A DNA stretch of 63,845 nucleotides, the filler included, from Lenisia limosa (taxonomy: Eukaryota > Protista > Breviatea), in NCBI GenBank assembly GCA_001655205.1. It is 19 parts of 19 records of this genome, joined end to end, with 100 filler letters (N's around TTAATTAATTAA, not from the genome) between each part and the next. Parts side by side here need not be neighbours in the genome. Positions count along the whole stretch, not along the records: positions 62,805 to 63,845 come from LPNZ01000963.1; 18 more parts are not named here. One strand, 5' to 3'. The notes beneath the pieces were generated by a model. That model was not told where the DNA came from, made no database searches, and saw only the letters and a list, made by a program, of their open reading frames with translations. Positions 63,125-63,845 of this stretch are shown here, in pieces. How positions within the stretch are numbered: the first letter of the stretch is position 1; the number at the start of each line of letters is the position of its first letter. The position numbers and the translations under genes are program-made.

Positions 63125-63224
63125 TAGGGCTTCCCTACGGTTCCAAAAAAGACTAAATTTCTCGATAAATCGTCGATAAATATCGATATTTGACTGGTAT
63201 TTTTCGGACCCTTGGGAATCCCTA
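63125..63224. mobile_element. hAT MITE copy (CCCTACGG subfamily)
   Basis: TAGGGCTTCCCTACGG...GGAATCCCTA with perfect TSD GATATGGG. Confidence 0.88.
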
Positions 63225-63287
63225 GATATGGGTTAACATTTTGGCTCGTAATTAGTTCATATGATAGTGGATATTTGCCCATTCATG

Positions 63288-63749
63288 GGATTAGAACGAA
63301 GAGAGGAAGGTCGAAAAGAAGCGCAAAAAGAAAGACAAGGAAAAAGAAGACAAGGCCACGGTGGAGCCAACAAAAAAAGTATGGGGGTCTGGGACTCGAT
63401 CCCTTTACCCCTTTCCACACAGAATTGATTTTGGGCTTCTTTTTTTGTTTTCATAAATTTTCCAATTTTACCCCCAGGATAAATCGCGTGAAGAGTTGAA
63501 AGCCTCCCTTGCAGACCTCCCCACTATGGATAGCTTGCAATCTGTGGGGCAAACATTGCATGATATAACTTTCCATATGAATTGTGATAAAACTTACCAT
63601 ATTAGGAGATATTTGGCTGAAACTTACCAAGAATGATATTTTCCACATTTTCATGAAACTTACGTTGTTAGGCTGAAGCTGAGTCAGAGATACGTGACAG
63701 CTTACGGTGCACCCTGTCCTGTCTTTCTTCGAGTGATCAATGGGACAAT
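63288..63749 (+). CDS. Unknown protein, partial (Lys/Glu-rich exon plus two more)
   Basis: Phase-0 chain NEERKVEKKRKKKDKEKEDKATVEPTKK|DKSREELKASLADLPTMDSLQS|AEAESEIRDSLRCTLSCLSSSDQWDNLP. Confidence 0.55.
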
Positions 63750-63845
63750 TTACCGAGGTTTGCGGACGCTCTGTGTGTTCTGATATTAGGGCTTCACTTT
63801 TGAGGATCTGCAAACTCAGTCTTTTCAACTTTTACCCCCCCCCCC

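Overview
This window is not one locus. It is about 19 short contigs of an intron-rich, AT-rich, flagellated microbial eukaryote, joined by 18 artificial 100-bp spacers (44 N + TTAATTAATTAA + 44 N). Nearly all ORF-track entries are exon fragments or spurious, so I rebuilt genes by hand from GT-AG exons. Recognisable genes: RtcB, two dynein heavy chain fragments, MAD1 (with a triplicated 5-exon module), FKBP12, a DH-domain RhoGEF, a GCC2/GCC3 Cys-rich protein, TRP-like and other multipass membrane proteins, a TPR protein and several unknowns. Introns are packed with small mobile elements: a ~100-bp hAT MITE (8-bp TSDs), ~80-bp and ~600-700-bp Tc1-type MITEs, and two decayed Tc1 transposase copies whose genes carry spliceosomal introns. 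The most striking signal is a ~130-150-bp repeat that forms entire introns in two unrelated genes. Its C-rich end abuts exon boundaries in both orientations (acceptor when sense, donor when antisense), making it a candidate new introner family. It sits in a genome with an unusual GTGGG-rich donor consensus and G-run/C-run intron ends. Coordinates were counted by hand and may be off by a few bases; no database searches were run.
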